A DNA stretch of 55,850 bases from Ancylonema sp. (lineage: Eukaryota): contig JBFLGF010000180.1 of NCBI GenBank assembly GCA_050230475.1, forward strand, positions 1 to 55,850. The letters are read 5' to 3'. This document shows positions 39,679 to 52,031 of the stretch, in pieces. Below the pieces are notes generated by a model. It was not told the DNA's origin. It did no database searches and saw only the letters and a program-made list of their open reading frames with translations. The position numbers and the translations under genes are program-made. The stretch's first letter is position 1; each line of letters opens with the position of its first letter.

Positions 39679-40606
39679 TTCGTGGAGGAGGTGAAGAACC
39701 CCCTCTCCTGCACCATCCTCATCAAGGGGCCCAACGACCACACCATCGCCCAGATCAAGGATGCCGTGAGGGACGGGTTGAGAGCCGTGAAAAACGTGAT
39801 CGAAGACGAGTGTGTGGTGCTGGTGAGGGGCAGGCTCACAGGGAAGGGGGGGGTAGAGAGTGGCACGCGGTAACAGACTCCCCGTGTCCTGAGCAGGGGG
39901 GGGGAGCGTTTGAGGTTGCTGCGCGACATCATCTCATGACAGAAGTGAAGAAGAGTGTGAAGGGGGTGGGTGCCTGGAGGGGGGCCCTTTGCAGTGCATG
40001 AGGGGTGCGACCTGATGCTGTCTGCTTGCCTGCTGCAGCGCGCTCAACTGGGGGTGGAAGCGTTCGCGGACGCTCTCATGGTCATCCCCAAAACCTTGGC
40101 AGAGAACTCCGGTCTTGATACCCAGGACGCCGTCATCACCCTTCAGTCAGAGCACGCCAACGGGAACTGCGTGGGCCTGAACCTGGTGACGGGGGAGGCA
40201 ATGGACCCGCAAGTGGAAGGGATCTTCGACAACTACTCCGTGAAGAAGCAAATGATCAACTCTGCGTAAGTCTCGTCCCTCACAGGGCTGGGTCTCACCA
40301 CATGCAAACACGTCGCACGGGTTCACAATCTTATGGATGTCCCACTGGGGTGCCTTGGTCGTGCAAACATGCTCATCGTGTGTGTGGGCGGGTGGCAGGC
40401 CGGTCATATCCTCACAATTACTACTCGTGGATGAAGTGATGAGGGCTGGACGGAACATGCGGAAAAGTTAATTCAGGGTATCGGAAGTACCTCACATTTT
40501 TTGTAAATCTTGTGTCTCCTCTGGATCTCATACGGCTGCATCTGCACATTGTGAAGTCATCCCTTTGTAGCCGTGCATGCTCAAATTTGTAGCATAAGGA
40601 ATAAGC
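39679..40606 (+). pseudogene. CCT6: Diverged tandem duplicate of the CCT6 3' portion (part of exon 9, exons 10-12, 3' flank)
   Basis: Copy of 38735-39676 that starts mid-exon. Splice sites, frame and stop are intact. By eye there are 12 synonymous and 4 non-synonymous differences plus intron indels. Confidence 0.75.
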
Positions 40607-41383
40607 AAGGAGACAATCACAATGGTTGTTTTGTGTGACGAGATGTGTCCAAGACTTTGTCAATGACTGCCCTCTTGCTCACAATATTTGAAAACATCAA
40701 AACAGTTAGTTTATATTGCATATGGGGTAGAGTGTGGATATTGAAAGAACTTCACCATGGACAGTTGGCTGAATGGGGGACGTGCAAAATGCAACAGTGT
40801 TTAGCATATCACTGCGGTTCGGGCGAAATGTATCAATAAATATTACATCCACACCTGCCCATCCAAAAGCAGTTACAACACAATTAACAAAATCAACATA
40901 CACCTTACCTTGGGTGAGGTCAGGTTGGTTAGTTTGTGTCGTATATAGTAGACTCGTGTACCCCCTATGTCATATTGCCCCATGTGTCAAACAGTAGTGA
41001 TGTCTTTCTCACTCCATATTATGCATCCCAGCAACGTGATCGATACTAATCTCAATGCATTGCATCCTGAATGCTCATCCACATCAACTTTCTTCATCAC
41101 TCCAAGTGACAAATTGAAGTCAATTAGTCTTCTGGTTTTAACAACCGATTCCGGCTGATGCCCAAAAAGTGATGGTTTCGTATTCGTAATGTTTGCTAGG
41201 CAATATTAGAAGCCCAAGCTCAATCACTCATGCATACATCACAAGGCATTCATGCTAGTGCTAGAGCAGGTGCTTATGGAGCTCACTAAAATGCAATGCG
41301 TTGAAGTGGCGAATGGGATGGTGCATATGTCAGGTGGCGGCATGTTCATAATCAATCGTCAATTACCTCAACCATTTCCGAGG

Positions 41384-44284
41384 ACAATCTTAATATTCAA
41401 CGATCGCAAAGCGGTGTCCGCCAACTCCTAGATGCTCAATGATGTGAGTGACGCACATAGTTTGGAGTGTCATCGTATAGTTGTACTACCCACCGCATTA
41501 AGTGCCAACGGCCCTTCCAAAATTGCAATCGTACTTCTCATCACGTGTCATATAATCTTTATAAAAAAAAAAAAAAAAAAAAAGCATGTCTTATTCACAT
41601 GCTCCCGCGCGCCCGCTCTACATTCATTACGTCAGCCCTAGCATACTATACCACTACTCGATCATCTGAAAGCTAACAACTTTGTGTTTTAAAGTTGTTA
41701 ACTCAAGGTAAAATCCAATGAGAAGTGCGGCATGTAAGCATCAGCACACATAATCTTGTGTGTGGATCTGCGAGTGTGTGCCACATTCTTACAAATGAAC
41801 ATTGGTCCCAAATAATTAGTAATTGCACCGACCGTCCAGACCGGTTCAGATTGCACATCTATAGACCTAGGTCATATAGTCTTCCAAGCTTTCTAAAAAT
41901 GATGTGGACCGGGGTATTAGGGTTTCCGCATATGTCATTGTATACATTACTTTCTATTAATACCCCGGGAAAAAATCAAATGCAGAAATAAGGTGTCCAT
42001 AAAAACCACTCTAATAATACTTTTTTGAAACTGTACCAAATGCAACACAATCCCATCGATTGTGCACCATTATATTGACTTTTTATCCTTGACATTCGCT
42101 TCAAATTCTATCCGTTGTCTTGTCCAACGAAGTGTTGGATTTAGAACTCTAATAAGGGGTAGGCGCATTGTGGTTTGGAAGTTCAATGAATGTAAATGGG
42201 GTTTGTATCAGTTCTATATGTATCGGTATATTGGTGGGCGCCTCAAAGGCTCATGGGTTTGTGCTCCACATACGCATTACGGACGATTGAACGGATGCAG
42301 GGACACTACATTAAGGCCAGATTCGTCAGAAGGGGCTGGTAGTACATTTTTAAACGACGAAGCTCGGCGTCTGCATTTGTGTTGCTAGATGAACACGTGG
42401 CGGTAGATAGCGGAGGTCGGCTACGCAACTGTACAGAGAGAACTTACTTATTGCAACCATACATCGTATCTGAGTGAAGAAGTGATATAAGCGACGTCGC
42501 TACTAAAATACTTGGCTAGGAATGGAGCAGCAAGTATATCGGTCAGCTAACCAGCTCGGCGGCGCCGCAAACGATCGTAGAAGCCTGGTGTGCCGGAAAA
42601 ATATACAAGGTGTAACATTTATACTCAAGTCTCATTCGGTCTGAGTGCACCTCGGGTACCGCTGCCCAATTTGCACTAGCCGTCCTTTCATTTGTCGTTC
42701 TGCTTTGGAGTGAGTTCAATCGGCATATGAATGTGCATTCTTGATGAATGGTAATGTGCATGTGATTCTATGATATGCATTTGATATAGAGCCATAAAAT
42801 TGAAACCCCTTTAAGACCTAACGGTTCGGACACGTCACATCGAGGCCCTAGCATTGCCTTGCCATAGGGCAGACTAGTGATTTATGTTTGGCATGCCTTA
42901 AAGACTAGTGAGGTGTTGGCGGTGGCTATAAGCTGTATGGCGTGAGGGAGTTGCGGATCTTGACTATATCATGTAGCACGTGTAAGCGAACACGTGTGTA
43001 TTAGACTTCTGGTTCGCAAGTGTGTGGTGCGTTTAACGACGAGGTTCGTTTTGACAATAGTGACACACTTATAAGTATGGCACGATGCTAGATGGCACGT
43101 TAGTGTCAATTAGTACACGTGCACAGTAGCTTGCGTGCATGTACATCTTGGGAGAGATTTAGTGCATCGATATTTTGGAGGTCCGGGTTTTGGGTAGTTT
43201 AGTAACATTTTTTTGACCGTGAGAAACAAATTTGTATGAGGGTAATTTTGGTGCGAGTGTAATGCAATGACTTTATAATCCCCGCATGCTGTATCTATTA
43301 CCATGAATAGAATAGATGTTGAATACCAAAAAGTTTTTAATGCCTTGGTTTGACTTACCCAACTTGTGACGACTAACTAACACCTATCGGTGTTGAGACG
43401 CCTTGCAAGCCAATGCTTGATTGGTAGCAGACGTTTAGAGAACTGGCCACCTAGCTTCGTCGTTTTAGTTGGTAGCAAAAAAAAACAAGATTTGTGGTGC
43501 AAGATCAAGGGTTGCAACTCAGCTGGTAATTTGGTCTTGAACGGATGGGAGGTGGATTATGAGCACATGAAGTGGCTTGAAACAACTTGTAACAACTAAC
43601 GACAACACATGGATTCAATGCGACTAAATTAGTCCAATCGTAACCGATATTTGGTTGGGTAACAACTTTTAATAAGCCTATCAAGGGTAATAAAGTACCT
43701 TGTATTTTACACACAAAAAAATGTCAATGGTAATGTTGACGACAATGCATTTAAGTTGACAACATCACCATCAACAAAAAACTACTTGAAAAATATTACT
43801 CATTAGTCAATCTCTCTAGCAAAATAATCTTCATTAATTTGTTTTTTGTTGATTATGTCAACAAAGTTGCCGATCAACCTGCTGCAACTAACGCAGCCGT
43901 ATCAAGTCGGCTTGCATGGCTGGAAATGGCTAGCCACCAGGTGCGACCGAACCAAAAGCGCAATGTGGTAGATATCAGTCTCTATATTTCGGCAGACTGT
44001 GATCCGCTTTGCGTTTAGGTATTGTAAAAACTCGTTAGAGGAAAACTCGTGAGGGGCAAAGTCGCGTTATAGGCACACTAATAGTGTATCGACTTTTCGT
44101 GCCAAATTGTCTTCGTCATAAGCACTAGCGCACCACGTTATAGGCACCAAAAAACGGTTAATGTGTGCCTACAACGAGTCATGACGTCATAATACGTGCC
44201 GACGTCTACTCGGAACCGGGGTAAAGATCGACGAAGGTCATCTACTTTGAGTTTAATAGGAGAGTGGTCATTGTAAAATTGTAT
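41384..44284 (+). repeat. Non-coding repeat mosaic, copy 1 of a diverged direct duplication
   Basis: Collinear with 47873-51907 from ACAATCTTAATATTC to GGAGAGTGGTCAT, with many substitutions. Confidence 0.85.
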
Positions 44285-46959
44285 ATATGTCGTGCTGTAT
44301 AGCATCGTGTATGTACACACGTGTGAAACCCTCGTTATAACAAGACTCGTTGTATATGTGTGTGGTAATGGGTGTGAATGCAATGTGAATGCGTCATCAT
44401 TGGTTCATGCATATATAAACTCATTCATGTCTAGGTAGATCGCAACACACGTGCGAGTACGATAGCCATCATATCAACCATTTGCAACACAATCGATGTG
44501 CATATGGTATTGCAATTATTTTTTACTAGTTTACCTATGGCAAGGGATTGCTATAGGTCTGGACGTAATGTGTTCGACACAGATATTGAATGAAAGCCCA
44601 CTCAATATGCAATAACAATCACAGCCGAATTCACATAAATAATGCTTAAATTACCCCGAATCTAAGATAACCAGTTGTATACTATTCCCGAGGGATGCAA
44701 GAACCGAATGAGGTCCTTGCACAGAAAGTACAGGGTATACAGTGTTCCGAGCTAGAGTAGCTCCAAACACCTACGAAGATGACAATCTAATTACCGCCGC
44801 CTGACCGACATTCAGCCGACACGTTTCAGGGAGGCTGACTTTGTTATCTACATTATCTACACGATCACCGGCTTAACACATAAGCTAGGTGATCGGTACT
44901 GAACCGTGTTACACGCTACACGTTACTAAAATAACTTAGTCGTTTATTCGGGACCTGAGACCATTGTCGGTACAGGTCTGAAAATTGCGTCCTGCGCCTA
45001 TTGTCGTCTACGTATAATTACACTTCATATAGTACATACGCTTAACGTAACCTAGCGGTCATACATCTCTGCCGCACGCTTTTCACCGACACGTGATCGA
45101 CTTCGTACACAGTGAGCGGTGGCTGCGGCTACGACTGCGGTGGTTGCCGCCCTGCGGTCGTATTGACCGGCGCCGTAGGTTGCGGGCATTCACGTTTCAT
45201 GATTGCGCCCATACTTTATTACGATACAATGATTTGACGGGTCCTTCTAACACGTGCTAAATACCGACGTGAAATAAGGGTACCCCCGCGGGTGCGTACC
45301 GTATTCCGTTTGAGGTATTCGCTATACATGCTATGTTCTGCTATAGGCACAATTCGGGATATAGGCGTCTGTGCCTATATCGCTCTAACTTAATTAATAC
45401 TATATAGGCACACGACCTATTATGGACTGACATATATTCACGTTCCAATCAGCCACTAAGAGCATTCCTTATGCCAGTCCCGTCCGACGGCCCGAGGTAC
45501 AGGTTAACCTGTACCTTCGGGCCGTCAGACGGGCCCGAAAACTGGCGTAACTTGGCGTAAGTCGAGCCCGGTTCTGAGCGAGGCCCGAGCAAAAGTGGCA
45601 TTCCTTATGCCGGGCCGGAGCAAGTCCCACCTGGCTTTGTCGGTCATATTTTCGCGGGATTTGACTGTACAATATTACGGTGTCGAAAATCCAGTCAGTG
45701 GCACCGTGCCTCACAGCACTGTCAGGGTCAATTTTAGCTACTATTTGTCGCAATATGCCTAATAATAGAGATGCCAGCCAGTTGCGACTGCGATGTCTCG
45801 CGATTATAATTTTCGCGACGCTGCGCGTACAGCGTTGCTTCACGATCCGCCTTAATTGCGCGAAAACACGCCGAGCTAATCGCAAATTCGCCTCATGAAT
45901 TCTGAACTTTTAAACACCAGCATCTTTTCAGATATGGCGATGACGAATCTGTGAATTTGCACATGACAGTAGATGAAGTTTTCAAAATATTTCTCTGAAT
46001 TTTACAGAACAGCAAAATGTTTTATAACAGTGAAGCTATTCGCATACATGTGATCGGATAAATTACGCCTGAATTAAAAGTCTACGTTACGAATGCACCA
46101 GCCGCTTTTTGGATATGGCGATGCCGACTCTCTTTCTCCGCGGGGGACTAAAATTATCTCAGCTCAACTCAGCCTTCTACAATCCGCTCCATGCGGGGAA
46201 TATGTTACAATCACTCTAAACCAGGCTTATCATAGCGAAGAAAAATATTTCGTGTCGTGCCAAAATCGTTACATTAGTTACAAGACAAGACCAGTAGCGC
46301 GTCTCGCATTGCCAAAACTATGGAGTCTCATTAAAAAATTCTCCTGCCTCTTTCACTGCGTTCCAAAAATTTCGTCGGACATGATCAAAGAATTAGAAGG
46401 AGGTGGTAGCCATGCAGCCACAGCAAGCGGGTCAGGAGGGCAGAGGGAATCATGGCGGGAAGTGACACTGGCTTCAGCACGATTCTTGCCGCAATTTAAT
46501 TGGACAGAAATATAACGGCACACCATGTATACCAGTCGGGCCGCCAGGGGCCCGAGTTTGGGACCCGTCTGGCTATGCCGGACGGGCCCCAAATTGTGGC
46601 GAAACTCGGGGCCCGTCCGGCTGTTTTCGGCGCAACCGCTCGGGTCGTCAGACGGGCCCCGCGCATAAGGATTGCCATTTGAAACTTTTTCGGATCGAAA
46701 CCGGGCGCAATACCTCGGGTCGTCAGACGGGACTGGCATAAGGAATGCTCTAAGTCTAAATTGCATGACAAAAAAAGTACATCTACTTGACGGATGACGT
46801 TCTCGTGATCTAGTAGCGAAATTTTGGATTTCCCTTGTTGCAGGCACACCTGACCAAGGGCCCCTAGCAAACATGCCTATAACGTACTTACATGTTACAA
46901 ACATAACCAGGTCGGAGGCACACATTTCTCAAAGATGTGCCCGTAACGCGTATTTATTG
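44022..46959. mobile_element. Probable full-span pogo/mariner-like non-autonomous element hosting nested insertions
   Basis: Decayed left end TA|TTGTAAAAACTCGTTAGAGG; the paralogue at 51644 reads TA|CAGTAGAGACTCGTTAGAGG. Right end CCCGTAACGCGTATTTATTG|TA. CGTTATAGGCAC subterminal motifs present. Confidence 0.5.
45460..46750. mobile_element. 1291-bp non-autonomous PIF/Harbinger-type DNA transposon with TAA TSD
   Basis: TAA|GAGCATTCCTTATGCCAGTCCCGTC...GACGGGACTGGCATAAGGAATGCTC|TAA. The TIR is a perfect 25 bp and extends to ~40 bp with two mismatches. No transposase ORF recognised. Confidence 0.9.
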
Positions 46960-47201
46960 TACCGGTAAGAGCATAATTTATGGTCACTCGTTTCGATCAC
47001 TCAATTCGCGTCGTTTTTCGACTAAAAACGGCCGTATTGAGTGTCTCGATTTGAAGATTGGTTATTTGGACGTATTTTTTGGATCGTCCAAAACTTCGAA
47101 ATATTGAGTAGAGAAAATTATGTTAGTATAGTCACTCGATTTATAATCGTTCGTACCCCCGTCGTCATTCGCTCGTACCCCTCTGTTGGATATTTATCTA
47201 A

Positions 47202-47790
47202 GAGCATTCCTTATGCCAGTCCCGTCTGACGGCCCGAGGTACAGGTTAACCTGTACCTTCGGGCCGTCAGACGGGCCCGAAAACTGGCGTAACTTGGCGG
47301 GTTCTGAGCGAGGCCCGAGCAAAAGTGGCATTCCTTATGCCGGGCCGGAGCAAGTCCCAACCGGCTTTGTCGGTCATATTTTCGCGGGATTCGCGGGATT
47401 TGACTGTACAATATTACGGTGGCACCGTGCCTCACAGCACTGTCAGGGTCGGAATTTAAGCTACTTTTTGTCGCAATATGCCTAATAATAGAGATGCCAG
47501 CCAGTTGCGACTGCGATGTCTCGCGGTCATTATTTTCGTTGCGATGTCTCGCGGTCATTGTTTTCGTAACGCTGCGCGTGCAGCGTTGCTTCACGATCCG
47601 CCTTAATTGCGCTCAAACACGCCGAGCTAATCGCAAATTCGCAAATTCTAAACTTTTAAACACCAGCATCTTTTCAGATATGGCGATGGCGAATCTGTGA
47701 ATTTGCATGACAGTAGATGAAGTTTTCAAAAGACTTCTGAATTTTACAGAACAGCAAAATGTTTTATAACAGTGAAGCTATTCGCATATA
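47202..47790. mobile_element. Second, 3'-truncated copy of the PIF/Harbinger-type element
   Basis: Starts TAA|GAGCATTCCTTATGCCAGTCCC and is collinear with 45460-46047 apart from small indels. The right TIR is absent. Confidence 0.88.
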
Positions 47791-47872
47791 TATGCGCATT
47801 TGAGTAAGAGTTGAGTTGTGTTTAAGAGTTGAGTTAAGAGTTGTGTTTGGTGGTCGTCAATATGGCCACCAC

Positions 47873-50800
47873 ACAATCTTAATATTCGACGATCGCAAAG
47901 CAGACTCCGCCGACTCCCAGATGCTCAATGATGTGAGTGACGAATATCGTTGTCATCATACGGGTGAACTACTCACCATATAAAAGGCCCTTTTCCAAAA
48001 GTGCAATCGTGCTTCTCATCACATGTCATATAATCTATAATTTATAATTTATATATATATGCATGTATTATTTATATGCACCCATGCACCCGCTCTACAA
48101 TCAATACGGCAGCGCTGGGATACTATACCACTACTCGATCATCTAAAAGTCAACACCACTATGTTTTGAAGTTGTCAACTCGAGGTGAAATCGAATGATA
48201 AGTGCGGCATGTAAGCATCAGCACACATAATCTTGTGTGTAAATTTGCGAGTGTGTGCCACATGTTTACAAAAAAATGTTGGTTCCGAATAATTGGAAAT
48301 TGCACCGACCGTCCAGATCGGTTCAGACTGCACACCTATAGACGTAGGTCTGATATGAAGCCAGGGCAATCACTAATAGCCTTAGAGCGAGGTTCGTACT
48401 AGTGAATAGGCTTTGTTTATAAAGAGACTCCACTTAGCTCGTTATAACGCGAACGGATACTCATCATTTGTTATACATGAAATATAGTTATTTCATTGAC
48501 CGAGTGCATTGCTAGGTTGACTAGCGCGAGTTTTCGTATCTTTCATATGACATGGAGAAGTTGGGTAGTTGTATCGTCATTTCACATGACAGGGAGAAGT
48601 TGAGTTAGTTATTTGGCTAGGCCGCATTGTTTGTGCAACGTCCACTTCCGTTGATCTAGTTTTGATACTAGTATGCACTTCATTTACAATTAAGCTAATT
48701 CATATTGGTGCAATAAACTTATCATCGCGTTTTGTGCCATGTGTGTTGTGATGGTTGTATTTATGCAACGAGGAATTCTTTGTTGAATCTTCTCTAGAAA
48801 AGTATTTCGCAGTCCAAAATTGGTATCAGAGCCGAAGTTTCATGATAGTCTCCCAAGCTTTCTAAGAAAGATGCAGACCGGGGTATTAGGGTATCCGCAC
48901 ATGTCATTGTAAACATTAATTTCTGTTATTACCCCAGAAAAAATCAAATACTGAAATAAGATGTCCATAAAACCCACCAATATTTTTTTGAAAAATGTAC
49001 CGAATAAAATGGTACCATCGATTGTGTATCATCGGAGTTGCATATAGTAGCTAGTTTTGGCTAGAACGTTAGGCTCTCATTTTTGTCGTTTTAAGGATAT
49101 GTAGTTTCTTTACAGGCACGTTCTTGTAATGAGATGGGGTTCCCGTCGTTTTTCAATAATATACACTTTCCCCTCTTTCATCATTATGTTGACTTACTAT
49201 CCTTGACATTCGCTTCAAATTATATCCGTTGTCTTGTCCAACTAAGTGTTGGATTTAGAACCTTGTGTGTCCAATAAGGTGTAAGCCCATATATGATCGT
49301 GTGCCTATATGGCGTATTGCGCCGCCGGTTGTAATCAAGAACCGGTGCAGGCGATAGAGACGCAAGTAGTTTCGCTTTATAGCGGTATAAATGATTGTCA
49401 CGCTACTCCTGTACAGTTACGTAGCTACGTACATGTTCGTTACATTAGAATCATCTCGCGCATGCCACTGTAGAGATGTGTGAGTTGTGCACATGTACCC
49501 GATGGTGCATGATGTACACGTGTGAGTGAGAGTGTGGTGTACACATGGCATGAGATGCATGTGTGTATCACATTGCACCACACGTGCGAACCCGCATGTG
49601 TGAGACAGGTGTTGTCTATGATGTGTTCACACGTGCGAGAGATACATGTTAATTTATCGTGCGGTGGCACGTGTTTTTATTCGTTATAGCGGTGTGTTAC
49701 ACGTGTGTATGTACACGATGTTAGATAGCACGACAAAGGGATAGGCGCATTGTGGTTCGGAAGTTCAACCAATGGGGTTTGTAAATGGGGTTTGTACTAG
49801 TTCTGCGTGTATCGGTAGATTGGTGGGCGCCGCAAAGGCTTATGGGTTTGTGCTCCACGTACGCATTACGGACAATTGAACGAATGCAGCGACACCACGT
49901 TAAGGTGAGTGTTGTCGGTAGGAGTTGGTAGTACATTTTTTTATAACGACACAGCTCGGCGTTTGCATTTGTGTTGTCAGATGTACACGTGGCGGTAGAT
50001 AGCGGAAATCGGCTACGCAGCTGGATAGTGAGAGCTCTCTTGTTGCAACTATACATCACCTCTAAGTGGAGACGTGATCTAGGTGACGTCGCTACTAGAA
50101 TACTTGGCTAGGAATGGAGTAGCAAGTATATCGGTCGGTCAGCCAGATCGGCGGTGCCGCCAACGATCTTAGAAGCCTAGTGTGCTGGAAAACTATATAA
50201 GGTGTAACCTTTGCACTCAGGCCTCATTCGGTCTGAGTGCACCTCGGGAACCGCTGCCCAATTTGCACTAGCCTTCTTGTCGTTTGTCGTTTTGCTTTGG
50301 AGTGAATTCAGCTGGCATATGAATGTGCATTCTTGATCAATGGGATTGTGCATGTGATTGTGTGATCTGCATTTGATATAGAGCCATAAAAATGCAACCT
50401 CTGCAACACCCAACGCTTCGGACACGTCACATCGAGGCCTTAGCATTGCCTTGCCATAGGGCAGACTAGTGATTTACGTTTGGCATGCCTTAATGACTAG
50501 TGAGGTGTTGGCGGTGACCATTAGTTGTATGGCATGAGTTTGTTGCGGATCTTGACTATATCATGTAGCACGTGTAAGCGGACACGTGTGTAGTAAAGTG
50601 GTGATTCACACGTGTGTGTCGCATTTAACGACGGGGTTCGTTTTAACAATAGTGTGACACGTGTGAGTGTGGCACGATGCTAGAGGGCACGTTAGTGTCA
50701 ATTAGTATACGTGCGGAGTAGCTTGCGTGCATGAACATCTTGGAAGAGATTTAGTGCAGCAATCTTTTTAAAGTCCGAGTTTTGGGTACTTCAGTGACAA

Positions 50801-51907
50801 ATTTGTCGATCGTGAGAAAAGAATTTGTGTGAGGGTAATTTTGTTGCGAGTATAATGCATTACATTTATAATCCCCGCATGCTATATTCATTACCATGAA
50901 TTCTTGTAGACATAGAATATATGTCGAATGCCAAAAAGTTTTTAATGCATGTAAAAGTTTTGGTTTGACTTACCCGCCTTGTGACGACTAACCAACACCT
51001 GTCACTGTTGAGAGGCCTTGCAAGCCGAAAATCAATTGCTAGCAAACGTTTGGTGAAATGGTCACCTAGCTTCTTCGTTTTAGTTGAAAAAGAACCAAGA
51101 TTCGTGGTGCAAGATCAAAGGTTGCAACTCAGCTAGTATGGATTAAATTTGGTCGTGAACGGATGGGAAGTGGATTATGAGCACATGAAGTGCCTTGAAA
51201 CAACTTGTAACAACTAACGACAACACATGATTTCAATGCGATTAAGTTAATCCAATCGCAACCGATAATTGGTTGGTTATTCTCCTTGATAAGCCTATCA
51301 AGGAGAATAAAGTACCATGTATTTTGCACACAAAAATGCCAATGGTGATGTCGACAAAAACGCAATAAAGTTGACAACATCATCATCAACAAAAAATTGC
51401 TTGAAAAATATTACTTATGTGTCAATCCCTTTGTCAAAATAATCTTCTTTGTTTTGTTTTTCATTGATTGTGTCCACAAAGTCGTCGATCAACCTGTCGC
51501 AACTAACGCAGCCGTGTCAAGTCGGCTCACCGGCTTGCATGGTTGGAAATAGCTGGCCACCAGTTGCGACCGAACCAAAAGCGCAACGTGGTAGAAATCC
51601 ACTCTGGATACTTCGGCGGACTGTGATCCGCTATGCGTTTAGATACAGTAGAGACTCGTTAGAGGAAAACTCGTTAGGGGCACATTCGCGTTATAGGCAC
51701 TATAATAGTGTATCGACTTTTCCTGCAAAATTGTCTTCGTTGTAGGCACTAGGTCACCACGTTGTAGACACACCAAAAAGGCAATTTTGTGCCTACAACG
51801 AGTCATGACGTCATAACACGTGCCGACGTCGACTCAGAACCGGGGGAAAGATCGACGAACGTCATCAACTTTGAGGTTTATAGGAGAGTGGTCATCATAA
51901 ATTTGTA
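47873..51907 (+). repeat. Non-coding repeat mosaic, copy 2, with three extra segments
   Basis: Collinear with 41384-44284. Extra segments at 48356-48842, ~49030-49180 and ~49280-49735. Confidence 0.85.
48356..48842 (+). mobile_element. 487-bp LTR-like insertion (TGAA...TTCA) with 5-bp TSD TGATA and an internal tRNA-iMet PBS
   Basis: TGATA at 48351-48355 and 48843-48847. Absent from the paralogous site at ~41872. TGGTATCAGAGCC at 48821-48833. Confidence 0.85.
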
Positions 51908-52031
51908 TTGAATCACGCATCTTAAGAAATTTCATAAAATTCATGAACCAAAGAATAAAGTACCGACTTTCACGCGACTGTGAAACTACATATCCTCTGT
52001 GAGCCATGTACTAGACAAAACTAGCAACAAT

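Noticed and set aside
44591..45199. TGAAAG...GTTTCA segment as a possible solo LTR
   Set aside because: No matching target-site duplication found.
46093..46925. ORFs of 140-190 aa inside the Harbinger-type element
   Set aside because: No DDE or Myb/SANT motifs; largely translations of GC-rich subterminal repeats.
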